In this document: piece after piece, positions 37,951 through 46,291 of the stretch
Position numbering within the stretch: position 1 is the stretch's first letter
Layout of the letters: each line of letters opens with the position of its first letter
Source: Burkholderiales bacterium
GTDB taxonomy: Bacteria > Pseudomonadota > Gammaproteobacteria > Burkholderiales > SG8-39
Direction of reading: 5' to 3'
Length of the DNA stretch: 64,000 bases
NCBI GenBank assembly: GCA_041617635.1
Contig: JBFJOO010000001.1
Span: 11,819-75,818, forward strand
Program-made: the position numbers and the translations under genes
Notes under the pieces: model-generated
Seen by the model: the letters and a program-made list of their open reading frames with translations, nothing else
What the model was told of the DNA's origin: nothing
Database searches by the model: none

Positions 37951-38025
37951 GGTCATCCCCGCGCACGCGGGGATCCATCTGACTTTACATCGGCAGGGCG
38001 TGGATTCCCGCTTGCGCGGGAATGA
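37951..38025. repeat. REP-like element family A, copy 1 (two inverted palindromic units)
   Basis: GTCATCCCCGCGcacGCGGGGATCCA - 23 nt - TGGATTCCCGCttgcGCGGGAATGAC. The termini form an inverted repeat. Lies between convergent genes. Confidence 0.85.
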
Positions 38026-38046
38026 CGGGCATCTGCGGGTTATTCC

Positions 38047-38841
38047 TCAGGCCGCGAAAGCGATCGCGTGCCCGACGAGCGCGTCGGGCTTCTGCACCTG
38101 CGGGCAGTGCCCGCAGTCCGGGATCTCCTCGTAGCGCGCACCCGCGATTCCTGCCGCGAGCTCGCGTGCGATCTGGGGCGGAGTCGTCTGGTCGAGCGCA
38201 CCGCACAGGACGAGCGTGGGATTGCGGATCTTGCCGAGTGCGGGCGCTAGATCCAGCTCGGTGAGCGCGAGCGCGGCGCGACCGAACGCCCCCGGCTCGG
38301 CCGTACGCAGCAGCGCCTCCTTGCGCTCGGCCACGATGCCGGGATTGGCCACAATGTAGTCCTCGGGGAACATGCGGCGGATCGCGATGTCGAGCGCGCC
38401 CTGCATGCCTTCCGCTGCAACGCGTGCAGCAAGCCCGCGCAGCGGCTCCTTCGCCGGCGCGGGAAATCCCGGCAGCGCATCGGCAACGATCAGCTTGCCG
38501 AATAGGGCGCCGTGCCGCACGGCGAGCGCCGTGGCGATGAAGCCGCCGAAGCCGTTGCCGAGGACCGTCGTGGACGGCGGCAGGCGCAGCGTGCGGATGA
38601 GCTCGGCCACCCAGTCCGCGTAGTCCTCCATCCTCACGGGCTCGGGCAGCGGCGCAGTACTGCCGTAGCCGGGCAAGTCAGGCGCCGTGACGCGAAAGCG
38701 CGCGGCGAGCGCCGGCAGCACACGATCGAACGACGAGCGCTCGGCAAGCAGCGAATGGACGAGCAGCAGGTCGGGCCCGCTGCCGGTCTGCACGACGGAC
38801 GCCGGTCGGCCGGCGACGGTTATCTTGCTCGCCTCGCTCAT
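38047..38841 (-). CDS. alpha/beta-hydrolase fold protein (MCP-hydrolase/enol-lactonase-like) with Gly at the nucleophile position
   Basis: Typical layout (LLLVHS..., PDLPGYG, C-terminal CGH). The nucleophile elbow reads GNGFGG (codon GGC, plus-strand 38551-38553) instead of GNSxGG. Confidence 0.75.
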   Translation of the reverse strand: MSEASKITVAGRPASVVQTGSGPDLLLVHSLLAERSSFDRVLPALAARFRVTAPDLPGYGSTAPLPEPVRMEDYADWVAELIRTLRLPPSTTVLGNGFGGFIATALAVRHGALFGKLIVADALPGFPAPAKEPLRGLAARVAAEGMQGALDIAIRRMFPEDYIVANPGIVAERKEALLRTAEPGAFGRAALALTELDLAPALGKIRNPTLVLCGALDQTTPPQIARELAAGIAGARYEEIPDCGHCPQVQKPDALVGHAIAFAA

Positions 38842-38870
38842 GGGTGGCCCTCTCCCGGTCAGCTACGAGC

Positions 38871-39632
38871 TCAGCCGGCGATCTGCTCCATCGCGCGCGC
38901 CGCGGCGCGCTGCGCCGGCGCGCTCGCGCTCATCTTCTCGACCAGCTGATCGTTGGTAATCACCCAGCCGAGGCAACGCGCGACGTTCTGCAGCCCGAGC
39001 ACGTGCAGGTCGTCGCCGTACATGCTGCCCACGCAGTCCGAGAGCAGCACGACGCGATAATCGTTGTTGAATGCGGTGAACGACGTGTTGAGCACACACG
39101 TGTTCGTATTGATGCCCATCAGACAGACCGTCTTCACGCCCAGCGTATCGAGGAGCGTCTTGAGGTCAGTGCCGTGAAAGCAGTCGAGCCGCTTCTTGTT
39201 GTTGATGACATAGTCGGTCGGCGCAAGCAGTTCGGGGATGATCTGCGTCCCGGGCGAGCCCTCGAGGTTGTGGCCATTCACCGTGCTGCGGCGGCCCGGC
39301 GTGAGGCGATCCTCCTCGGACATGACCTCGTGCAGCGCGCGCCAGAACGGCTGCCGCATGCCCTCGCTCCCCAGCCCCGGAATCTTCCGGTAAACCAAAA
39401 TCACGTGAACGACCGGCACGCGCTGCGACCGCGCAAAATCGAGCGCCCGCTTCGCGTTTGCGATGACGCGTTGGGCATCCTCCGGCTTCGTCGGCATGGT
39501 CGCGACGCCCATGTCCAGATGGCCGCGGTGCATATCCACCGTGACGATCGCAGTCTCCTTGGGATCGATCACGAGACCCTCGTAGAGCTTGTTGGTCATC
39601 GTGGAGCGGTCGAGTATCTCGATGCTTGCCAT
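38871..39632 (-). CDS. isochorismatase-family cysteine hydrolase (NicF/maleamate amidohydrolase-like)
   Basis: AIVTVDMH (Asp) and VCLMGINTNTCVLNT (Cys) motifs of the D-K-C triad fold. Confidence 0.8.
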   Translation of the reverse strand: MASIEILDRSTMTNKLYEGLVIDPKETAIVTVDMHRGHLDMGVATMPTKPEDAQRVIANAKRALDFARSQRVPVVHVILVYRKIPGLGSEGMRQPFWRALHEVMSEEDRLTPGRRSTVNGHNLEGSPGTQIIPELLAPTDYVINNKKRLDCFHGTDLKTLLDTLGVKTVCLMGINTNTCVLNTSFTAFNNDYRVVLLSDCVGSMYGDDLHVLGLQNVARCLGWVITNDQLVEKMSASAPAQRAAARAMEQIAG

Positions 39633-39660
39633 GGCGGTGTCTCCTCTTCGAGTGATGGGC

Positions 39661-40494
39661 TCAAGCTGCGCCCGGCAGCGTGCGGGCCAGCCAGCCGGCG
39701 ACCAGTTCCGTCACCGCGTCCTCGCGGCCGACGTAGTAGTGGCCACAGTTTCGCACGATTTCGACGGCGCAGGGACCGCCTGCGCGACGCTGGAATTCCT
39801 CTGCGGGATAGAGGTCCACCGGCTCCTCGTCGCCGCGCAGATACAGGACCGGGCAGGCGATGCGCGGTGCCAACTCGAGAACGTCCGGCACCTCGGTAAG
39901 GTAATCGAGGAAGCTCTCGGCGGTGATGACGTACCACCAGCCGGGCAGCAGCATGAGCTCACGGCCCCGCCCGGCGGCGACCAGCGCGCGGGCCTGAGCG
40001 GTGATCTCCTCGATCCGATCGCCGGCGAGCAGCCCCGCCTTGCTCGCGCGGGCGACGATGCCCTTGCCGCCGCAGTGCGCGGACAGGAGCACCAGCGCAG
40101 GCGTTTCCGGATGGTCGGCCACATGGCGCACCGCAAGCATGCCGCCGTTCGAGTGCCCGATCACGACCGGGCGCGCAAAGCCTCGGGCGCCCAGCCACTC
40201 GGCCGCAATGCGATTGTCCGCGATCGCCTCGCGCGTGAGCTGAAACGCCCCGCCCTCCGCTGCCCGGCTGGCGCGGTTGCTGAGAACGTCGTGTCCGCGC
40301 CGGTTGAAGGCGAGACAAGCGTAGCCGAGGCGCGTCAGGGCCGGCGGCAGGAACCGCGGCGCTCCGACGTAGAAATTCATGGTGTTGCCGTGGAACAGCA
40401 GCGCCGCCCCAGTGGGTGCCGCATCCTCGGGCGCGTAGAACACGCCGTCGAGGGGCGTGGTGTCGGTGGGAATGGTGACCAGTGTGGCGCGCAT
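39661..40494 (-). CDS. alpha/beta hydrolase
   Basis: Nucleophile elbow VIGHSNGG and a C-terminal CGH. 277 aa. Confidence 0.78.
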   Translation of the reverse strand: MRATLVTIPTDTTPLDGVFYAPEDAAPTGAALLFHGNTMNFYVGAPRFLPPALTRLGYACLAFNRRGHDVLSNRASRAAEGGAFQLTREAIADNRIAAEWLGARGFARPVVIGHSNGGMLAVRHVADHPETPALVLLSAHCGGKGIVARASKAGLLAGDRIEEITAQARALVAAGRGRELMLLPGWWYVITAESFLDYLTEVPDVLELAPRIACPVLYLRGDEEPVDLYPAEEFQRRAGGPCAVEIVRNCGHYYVGREDAVTELVAGWLARTLPGAA

Positions 40495-40644
40495 CGAGCA
40501 CCTGTTTGCGGCGGCGGAAGGGAACGCCGATCGCGCATTCTAGCGCGCACGTTGACCAGGGTTGACACGAAATCGCGCGCATCCGAGACTGGCCGCTTTC
40601 CCCGCAATCTTCCTCGGAAATCTCGTGCACCAGGAGGCGCAATC

Positions 40645-41652
40645 ATGATCAACGCGGCAATCGTGGGACTGGGCTGGTGGGGCAAGACGCTCGTCAACTC
40701 CGTGCAGGGCAAGAGCGACCTGATCCGCTTCGCCGCGGCGCATACGCGCACACGCTCCAAGGTTGAGGATTTTTGCCGCGAGAAGGACATCGTCTTCCAG
40801 GAAGACTTGCAGGCCATCTTCAGCGACCCGAAGATCGACGCCGTCGTCTACGCGGCGCAGCACACCGATCGCAGCGATCAGGTCCAGAAGACGGCCGCCG
40901 CCGGCAAGCACGTGTTCGTCGAGAAGCCATTCGCGCTCGACCTCAAGGCCTGCGATGCGGCGCTCGCCGCGGTCAAGCGGGCCGGCGTCGTCCTGGGAGT
41001 CGGGTACAACCGGCGCTTTCCGCCGGCGGTCAACGAGCTCCGCGCGCGGGTCAAGGACGGACGCCTGGGCACCATCGTCGGCGCGACTGGCGAAGCGAAC
41101 GCGCCGGCGGGTCTCGCGATCGCCAAGGGCTACTGGCGCGCGGACCCGGTCCAGGCGCCCGCTGGCCCGCTGACCGGCCTCGGCGTGCACGTCCTCGACA
41201 CGTTCGTGGATCTCTTCGGTCCGGTCGGCGAGGTGTACGCCATCGACACCCGGCGCGCCGCCGAGAACGTCGACGACGTGCTGAGCGTGCAGATGACGAT
41301 GAAGAGCGGCCTCCCAGCGAGCTTCTTCTGCTCGCTCTCGACCGCGGTCAGCTACCGGATCGCGGTATTCGGGACGAAAGGATCCGGCGAGGTGCTGCGC
41401 CCGAATTTCGACACCTTCCAGTTCATTCCTTCGGCCACCGGCCCGATGCAGGGGCAGTTCAAGCCCGCGGAGCCCGAGGTCCTCGTCACGAAGGACTTCG
41501 ACTCCGTCAGGGCGGAGCTGGAAGCCTTCGCCATCGCGATTCGCGACAAGCAGCCGTTCCCGAACTCGCACGACCAGATCCGGCAGGTCACCGCGGCGTT
41601 CGCGGCGATCGTCGAGTCGGCGGCGGCGCGCAAGCCGGTCAAGGTCGACTGA
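40645..41652 (+). CDS. Gfo/Idh/MocA family oxidoreductase
   Basis: AGGAGG RBS. N-terminal Rossmann AIVGLGWWG and the EKP motif (VFVEKPF). The 687-aa track ORF was trimmed to ATG 40645. Confidence 0.85.
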   Translation: MINAAIVGLGWWGKTLVNSVQGKSDLIRFAAAHTRTRSKVEDFCREKDIVFQEDLQAIFSDPKIDAVVYAAQHTDRSDQVQKTAAAGKHVFVEKPFALDLKACDAALAAVKRAGVVLGVGYNRRFPPAVNELRARVKDGRLGTIVGATGEANAPAGLAIAKGYWRADPVQAPAGPLTGLGVHVLDTFVDLFGPVGEVYAIDTRRAAENVDDVLSVQMTMKSGLPASFFCSLSTAVSYRIAVFGTKGSGEVLRPNFDTFQFIPSATGPMQGQFKPAEPEVLVTKDFDSVRAELEAFAIAIRDKQPFPNSHDQIRQVTAAFAAIVESAAARKPVKVD

Positions 41653-41668
41653 CCGGGACGCCCAGGCG

Positions 41669-42358
41669 ATGGCGCAGATCGACATCGTCAGCGCGAGCAC
41701 CTGCCCGTTCGCGCAGCGCACGCGCATGGTGCTGCTCGAAAAGCGCATCGATTTCTCGCTCACGGAAATCGATCTCGACGCCAAGCCGGCCTGGTTTCTC
41801 GCGATCTCGCCCTACGCGAAGGTGCCGGTGATCCGGCACGGGGATGCGGTCGTCTGGGAATCGGCGGTGATCAACGAGTACCTCGAGGAGGTCTTTCCCG
41901 AGCCAGCGTTGCTGCCTCGCGACCCCGTGCGGCGGGCGCAGGCCCGCGTCTGGATCGACTTCGCGAACACCCGCATGGTCCCGCACGTCTACAAGATGAT
42001 GCTGCGCCAGGACGGCGCAGGACAGGAACTGCATCGTCGCCGGCTGACCGAAGCCGTGCTCGCAATGGAGCAGGGCCTGCGCGATCTCTCGGGCGGCCCC
42101 TACTGGCTCGGCGGGCGGCCGAGCCTCGTCGACTTCACCTTCTTTCCGCACGTGCAGCGCTTCGTCGCGCTCGAGCACTACCGCGGCTTCGCGATCCCCG
42201 CGACCTGCGAGCGGCTCCTGCGCTGGCGCGAAGCGATGCTCGTTCTTCCCTCGGTGCAGGCTACGCGCCCGCCGGACGCGCTCCTCATCAGGAACTGGGC
42301 CAAGTACGCGCACGACACCAGCACCGGGGTCACCGCGCAGGAAATGCGCGAAAGCTGA
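41669..42358 (+). CDS. glutathione S-transferase, Cys-type (omega-class-like)
   Basis: Thioredoxin-fold N-terminus with the CPFAQR active-site motif (as in omega-class CPFA) and ESAVINEYLEE. Confidence 0.75.
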   Translation: MAQIDIVSASTCPFAQRTRMVLLEKRIDFSLTEIDLDAKPAWFLAISPYAKVPVIRHGDAVVWESAVINEYLEEVFPEPALLPRDPVRRAQARVWIDFANTRMVPHVYKMMLRQDGAGQELHRRRLTEAVLAMEQGLRDLSGGPYWLGGRPSLVDFTFFPHVQRFVALEHYRGFAIPATCERLLRWREAMLVLPSVQATRPPDALLIRNWAKYAHDTSTGVTAQEMRES

Positions 42359-42363
42359 GCCGC

Positions 42364-43404
42364 ATGGCAAGCAAGCGACCCGAACCGCGGCAAAGCCCAT
42401 CTCGCAACCGGAAGGTTCGCGTGCGCACGATCGACACGCATGCGCACTGGTACCCGGCGGACTGGCTGAAGCTCTTCGAGCGCGATGGCGCCGCCGAAGG
42501 CGCACGGCTCGAGCGCAAGGGAAGCGGCTACGTCATTCGCACCGAGCGCATCACCAACGCGTTCGACGAGGAGTTCGTCGATCTCGGTCTGCGCATCGCG
42601 GGCATGGATCGCCAGGGCGTCGACGTGCACGCGCTTTCGCTCACCACGCCGATGGTCAACTGGGCATCGCCGGGATTCGGGCTCGCGCTCGCGCAGGCCT
42701 ACAACGACGCTGCGGCCGCCGCGCACACCGGGCATCCGGATCGCTTCATCGGCTTCGCCATGGTGCCGATGCAGGCCACCGAGCTCGCGGTCCGGGAGCT
42801 CGAGCGTGCCGCGAAGCTGCCCGGCATCCGCGGCATGTACCTCGCCACCAACATCAACGGCACCGAGCTCGACGAAAAACGTTACTGGGACGTGTACGCG
42901 AAGGCGGAGGAGCTCGGCCTGCCGATCTTCCTCCACCCGGTCGACACGATCGGGCGCGAGCGCACCACGCGCTACCACCTGAAGAATCTGCTCGGCAACC
43001 CATACGACACCGGCGTGGCTGCGGCCAGTCTCATCTTTGGCGGCGTGCTCGACGAGTTTCCCAAGCTCGAGGTGAACCTCCCGCACGCCGGCGGCGCGCT
43101 GCCCGGCCTGATCGGTCGCATGGATCACGGCACGAAGGTGCGTCCGGAGCTCAAGCACATGAAGCGCTTGCCGAGCGAGTATCTCAAGCGCTTCACCTAC
43201 GACACCATCGGCCACAGCGACCGCATCAATCTCGATCTCATCCGGCTCGTCGGCGCCGACCGCGTGCTGCTCGGCAGCGACTACTGCTTCGACATGGGCC
43301 TCGTCGATCCCGTGGGGACCATCGAGCGTCTGGACGCGCTGACCGAGGCCGAACGCGACCTCATCCTTGGCAGGACCGCTGCACGTCTGCTCCGGCTGGA
43401 GTAA
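42364..43404 (+). CDS. amidohydrolase_2 (ACMSD-type) family protein
   Basis: IDTHAHWYP metal motif, HPVD, HAGGALP, and a C-terminal GSDY..D. Confidence 0.82.
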   Translation: MASKRPEPRQSPSRNRKVRVRTIDTHAHWYPADWLKLFERDGAAEGARLERKGSGYVIRTERITNAFDEEFVDLGLRIAGMDRQGVDVHALSLTTPMVNWASPGFGLALAQAYNDAAAAAHTGHPDRFIGFAMVPMQATELAVRELERAAKLPGIRGMYLATNINGTELDEKRYWDVYAKAEELGLPIFLHPVDTIGRERTTRYHLKNLLGNPYDTGVAAASLIFGGVLDEFPKLEVNLPHAGGALPGLIGRMDHGTKVRPELKHMKRLPSEYLKRFTYDTIGHSDRINLDLIRLVGADRVLLGSDYCFDMGLVDPVGTIERLDALTEAERDLILGRTAARLLRLE

Positions 43405-43653
43405 TCGCCCGCTGCCGCTGCGGTCGTCGTGTGGTATCGACCGCCCTGAAATCCGCACGGGCACGCGGTAACGTGAATGCTTCGCATTTCCAGCGCTACG
43501 CCGCACCGGTGGTTCGTCCAGCACCCGCGTCGCCGGAATCACGAAAGGATTTCACGATAGTTTCGATAGGAAAACAGTATCGTTCGGGCGAGTCGCCCTC
43601 TGCTAACTTGTAAGCGTGGTTCGCATCCGCGCGTTGCAAGAGGAGGGATACCC

Positions 43654-44931
43654 ATGACCGACCAGTACGGCAAATCCTATCCGTTCCAGCCGATGGACTG
43701 GATCGAAGGCGTGAACATGGACAAGCTCCGCACCGGACGCCTTGCCCGCGCCAAGAAGGAGCTCTTCGAAAAGCGCAAGTTCGGCGGGCTGCTGTCGCTG
43801 AACGAGTGGAACACGCGCTACATCACGGCCACCTACACGCCGCCGTGGACGACGCCAAGCTCCGGCCTGCGCTACTCGCTGCTCCTCAAGGGCGATGCGC
43901 AGCCGATCATCTTCGAGCAGGGCGACATCGGCTATCACACCCAGCGCAATTCGCCATGGCTGCCGCCGGAGAACGTTCGCTATGCGATCACCGGCATGGG
44001 ATGGATTGCCCGCTGTATGGGCGAGTCGGCCCACCGGGCGGCGGTCGTTCGATTCGTGGACCAGATCTGTGCCGAGCTCAAGCGGGCCGGCGTCCAAAAA
44101 GAAGTCCTTGCAATGGACTTCTCCGATCCTTACATCGCCTCCGCATTCGAGGCGAAGGGCGTGCGGACGAGCGGCGAAGGGTTCGTGGCGATGCTGGAGG
44201 CGCGCAAGCACAAGCTCCCCGAGGAGGTCGAGTGCCTGCGCAACACTTGCACCATCGGCGACGCCATGTTCGACGCGCTGGTGAACACCGTGCGGCCGGG
44301 AGTGAGCGAGCACGAGATCCTCGGCGAGGCCTTCAAGGCCTGCTATGTGAACGGCGGCGAGGTCCACTCCGGCGTCTTCTGCACCTCCGGCCCGTACTCG
44401 TGGCCCAACCTGCGCCACTCGACCGGCCGGCGCCTCGCCCACGGCGACGTCATCTACATGGACGTCTACAACACCTGCTGGAACGGCTACAAGACCTGCT
44501 ACTACCGCAGCTTCAGCGTCGGCGAGCCCTCCAAGGCCACCGTCGCCGCCTACAAGCGCGCCTACGAATGGCTCTACGACGCGATCAGCGTGATCAAGCC
44601 GGGTGTAACGACCAAGGAGGTCGCCGAGCGCTGGCCGGCGGGTCCTGACGTCTGGGCCGACATCGGCGTCGTGCACGAGGATCAGACGGCCGGCAACAAC
44701 TGGGCGCATGGAATCGGCCTCACGCTATACGAGCCGCCGCTCGTATGGCGCGGCTGCTCGCTCGAGCATCCGATGGTCATCGAGGAGGACATGTGCTTTG
44801 CCATCGAGACCCAGGAGGGCGACGGCGAGGGGCAGGGCGTGCGGATGGAGGAGGTCATCCACGTGACCAAGACCGGCGTCGAGATCCTCTCGAAGTGGCC
44901 GATCAAGGAAATCACCGTGATTCCGGTCTGA
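43654..44931 (+). CDS. M24-family (pita-bread fold; creatinase/prolidase/DddP-like) hydrolase, paralog 1
   Basis: GGAGGG RBS. C-terminal pita-bread motifs AHGIGL, FAIETQ and RMEEVIHVT. The canonical GY.SD.TRT reads GYKTCYYRS (Cys codon 44497-44499). Confidence 0.8.
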   Translation: MTDQYGKSYPFQPMDWIEGVNMDKLRTGRLARAKKELFEKRKFGGLLSLNEWNTRYITATYTPPWTTPSSGLRYSLLLKGDAQPIIFEQGDIGYHTQRNSPWLPPENVRYAITGMGWIARCMGESAHRAAVVRFVDQICAELKRAGVQKEVLAMDFSDPYIASAFEAKGVRTSGEGFVAMLEARKHKLPEEVECLRNTCTIGDAMFDALVNTVRPGVSEHEILGEAFKACYVNGGEVHSGVFCTSGPYSWPNLRHSTGRRLAHGDVIYMDVYNTCWNGYKTCYYRSFSVGEPSKATVAAYKRAYEWLYDAISVIKPGVTTKEVAERWPAGPDVWADIGVVHEDQTAGNNWAHGIGLTLYEPPLVWRGCSLEHPMVIEEDMCFAIETQEGDGEGQGVRMEEVIHVTKTGVEILSKWPIKEITVIPV

Positions 44932-44936
44932 CGGCC

Positions 44937-45167
44937 ATGCGCATCTTCGACTTCGGCTGTTCCGCCTGCGGGCATTTCTTCGAGGCCTTTGTGCGCACCG
45001 CAAGCGATGCCCCGGTTTGCCCGCAATGCGGGGCCGGGAACGTTGCGCGCCGGCCGGTGCTGCAGATCGCGGTCCATACGCGCAACACGCGACGCGGGCG
45101 GACTATCGACCTCGGCTCGAATTCATGCCCGTGTGCCGCCCACGGTCCAGGGCACGCACGCCGGTGA
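44937..45167 (+). CDS. FmdB-family zinc-ribbon protein
   Basis: MRIFDFGCSACGHFFE...APVCPQCG, two CxxC knuckles typical of FmdB/CxxC_CxxC_SSSS proteins. Starts 5 nt after the M24 stop. Confidence 0.7.
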   Translation: MRIFDFGCSACGHFFEAFVRTASDAPVCPQCGAGNVARRPVLQIAVHTRNTRRGRTIDLGSNSCPCAAHGPGHARR

Positions 45168-45190
45168 GGCAAGCCCCCTCGCGACCGTCC

Positions 45191-45216
45191 CGTTCAGGCT
45201 GGAGGGGGCCTGAACG
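45191..45216. terminator. hairpin between convergent genes (possible bidirectional terminator)
   Basis: CGTTCAGGC-tggagggg-GCCTGAACG, 9-bp stem. A nested GCCCCCTC/GAGGGGGC pairing is also possible. No strong U-tract. Confidence 0.45.
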
Positions 45217-45261
45217 TTCCCCCATCTGCTCTCGTGTGAGGCTTGGTGAAGGCGGCACCCT

Positions 45262-46179
45262 TCAGGCAAGTGGCACGCCGGCGACCGCCTGGGCGTGACG
45301 CCGCAGCGTCCCGATCAGGAGCTCGGCTGCCGCCGAGGTCGCAGTCTGACTGCGGCGGATGAGATAGAGGTCGGCCTCCAGCACCGGGTCCACCACCGGA
45401 TTGATGCACAGCCGATCCGATCCGATGTCGCACGCCACGGCCACGAGCGGTAGCAGGGTCGACCAGTTTGCGTGCCGGACGAAGTCGATCATGCCGTGCA
45501 CGGTGTCCATCTCCAGCCTGCGTCCGACGCGGATCTCCTTCGTCCAGATGTGCCGCTCGATGCTGCGCCGGAGCGTGTGGTTGGGCGATGGGACGACGAG
45601 ATCGAGCGGACCGAGGCCGGGAAGGCGCACCGGCTCGCCAGGCGTGAGGCCCAGGGCTGGATTGCTGATCAGGACCATCCGGCAGTCCGCGAACTTGCCG
45701 ATGTCGATGCCTTCGTGCCGTAGCGGATTGAGCACGACGGCGAAGTCGACCTCACCGTCGAGGACAGCCTGGGCCAGCGTATCGCTGAAGCCCTGTATCA
45801 CCCTGACGTCGATTGACGGATGGGCATCGACGAACTCGGGCAGGAAGGCCGGCAGCAGGCCGCGAACGACCGACGGGATGAGACCGGCGCGGACCAGCCC
45901 GCCGACGAGCCCGCTCATTTCCGCGATCTCGAGCTCGGCTGCGTTGATCGAGCGCAGGATCGCAACCGAGTGCCGATAGAAGCGCTCGCCGGCCGCGGTG
46001 GGCACCACGCCGTTGACCGTCCGCTCGAAGAGCCGGCGTTCGAGGACTTGCTCCAGGTTCCGGATCTGCGCGCTGAGCGCCGGCTGCGAACAGTGTTCGC
46101 GCTCGGCAGCCTTCGAGAAATTCGCTTCCTCGTAGACCGCCGCGAAGTATCTAAGCTGGCGAATGGTGATCGGGCTCAT
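45262..46179 (-). CDS. LysR family transcriptional regulator
   Basis: N-terminal wHTH (ITIRQLRYFAAVYEEANFSKAAEREHCSQPALSAQIRNLE) and a LysR substrate-binding domain. Start at MSPITI (46179). Confidence 0.9.
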   Translation of the reverse strand: MSPITIRQLRYFAAVYEEANFSKAAEREHCSQPALSAQIRNLEQVLERRLFERTVNGVVPTAAGERFYRHSVAILRSINAAELEIAEMSGLVGGLVRAGLIPSVVRGLLPAFLPEFVDAHPSIDVRVIQGFSDTLAQAVLDGEVDFAVVLNPLRHEGIDIGKFADCRMVLISNPALGLTPGEPVRLPGLGPLDLVVPSPNHTLRRSIERHIWTKEIRVGRRLEMDTVHGMIDFVRHANWSTLLPLVAVACDIGSDRLCINPVVDPVLEADLYLIRRSQTATSAAAELLIGTLRRHAQAVAGVPLA

Positions 46180-46291
46180 GCGTGCGCCGGCATGCCGCAT
46201 TCCCGCGCGTGGCGGCGCCGCGCACGGCTCGGGGCCTCAACGGTACGCCGCGCCGGTCCGGTGGTGCAACTGTGGGCGGCCCGGCCCCTCG

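Noticed and set aside
39589-40644. 5' 350 codons of the 687-aa ORF 39589-41652
   Set aside because: This part is antisense to the alpha/beta-hydrolase gene and lacks motifs. The Gfo/Idh/MocA domain begins at ATG 40645, preceded by AGGAGG.
42178-43542. 454-aa ORF antisense to the second amidohydrolase
   Set aside because: Shadow ORF. The sense frame carries the HxH metal motif and family signatures.
43405-43653. 250-nt leader upstream of M24 paralog 1 as a riboswitch (for example a guanidine or related class)
   Set aside because: I could not recognise conserved cores of the riboswitch classes I remember, such as ACGR-loop hairpin pairs. The region has only short AT-rich repeats (TCGATAG x2, ACGATA/TATCGT), more consistent with a protein operator. 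This remains unresolved without a covariance-model scan (Rfam/Infernal).
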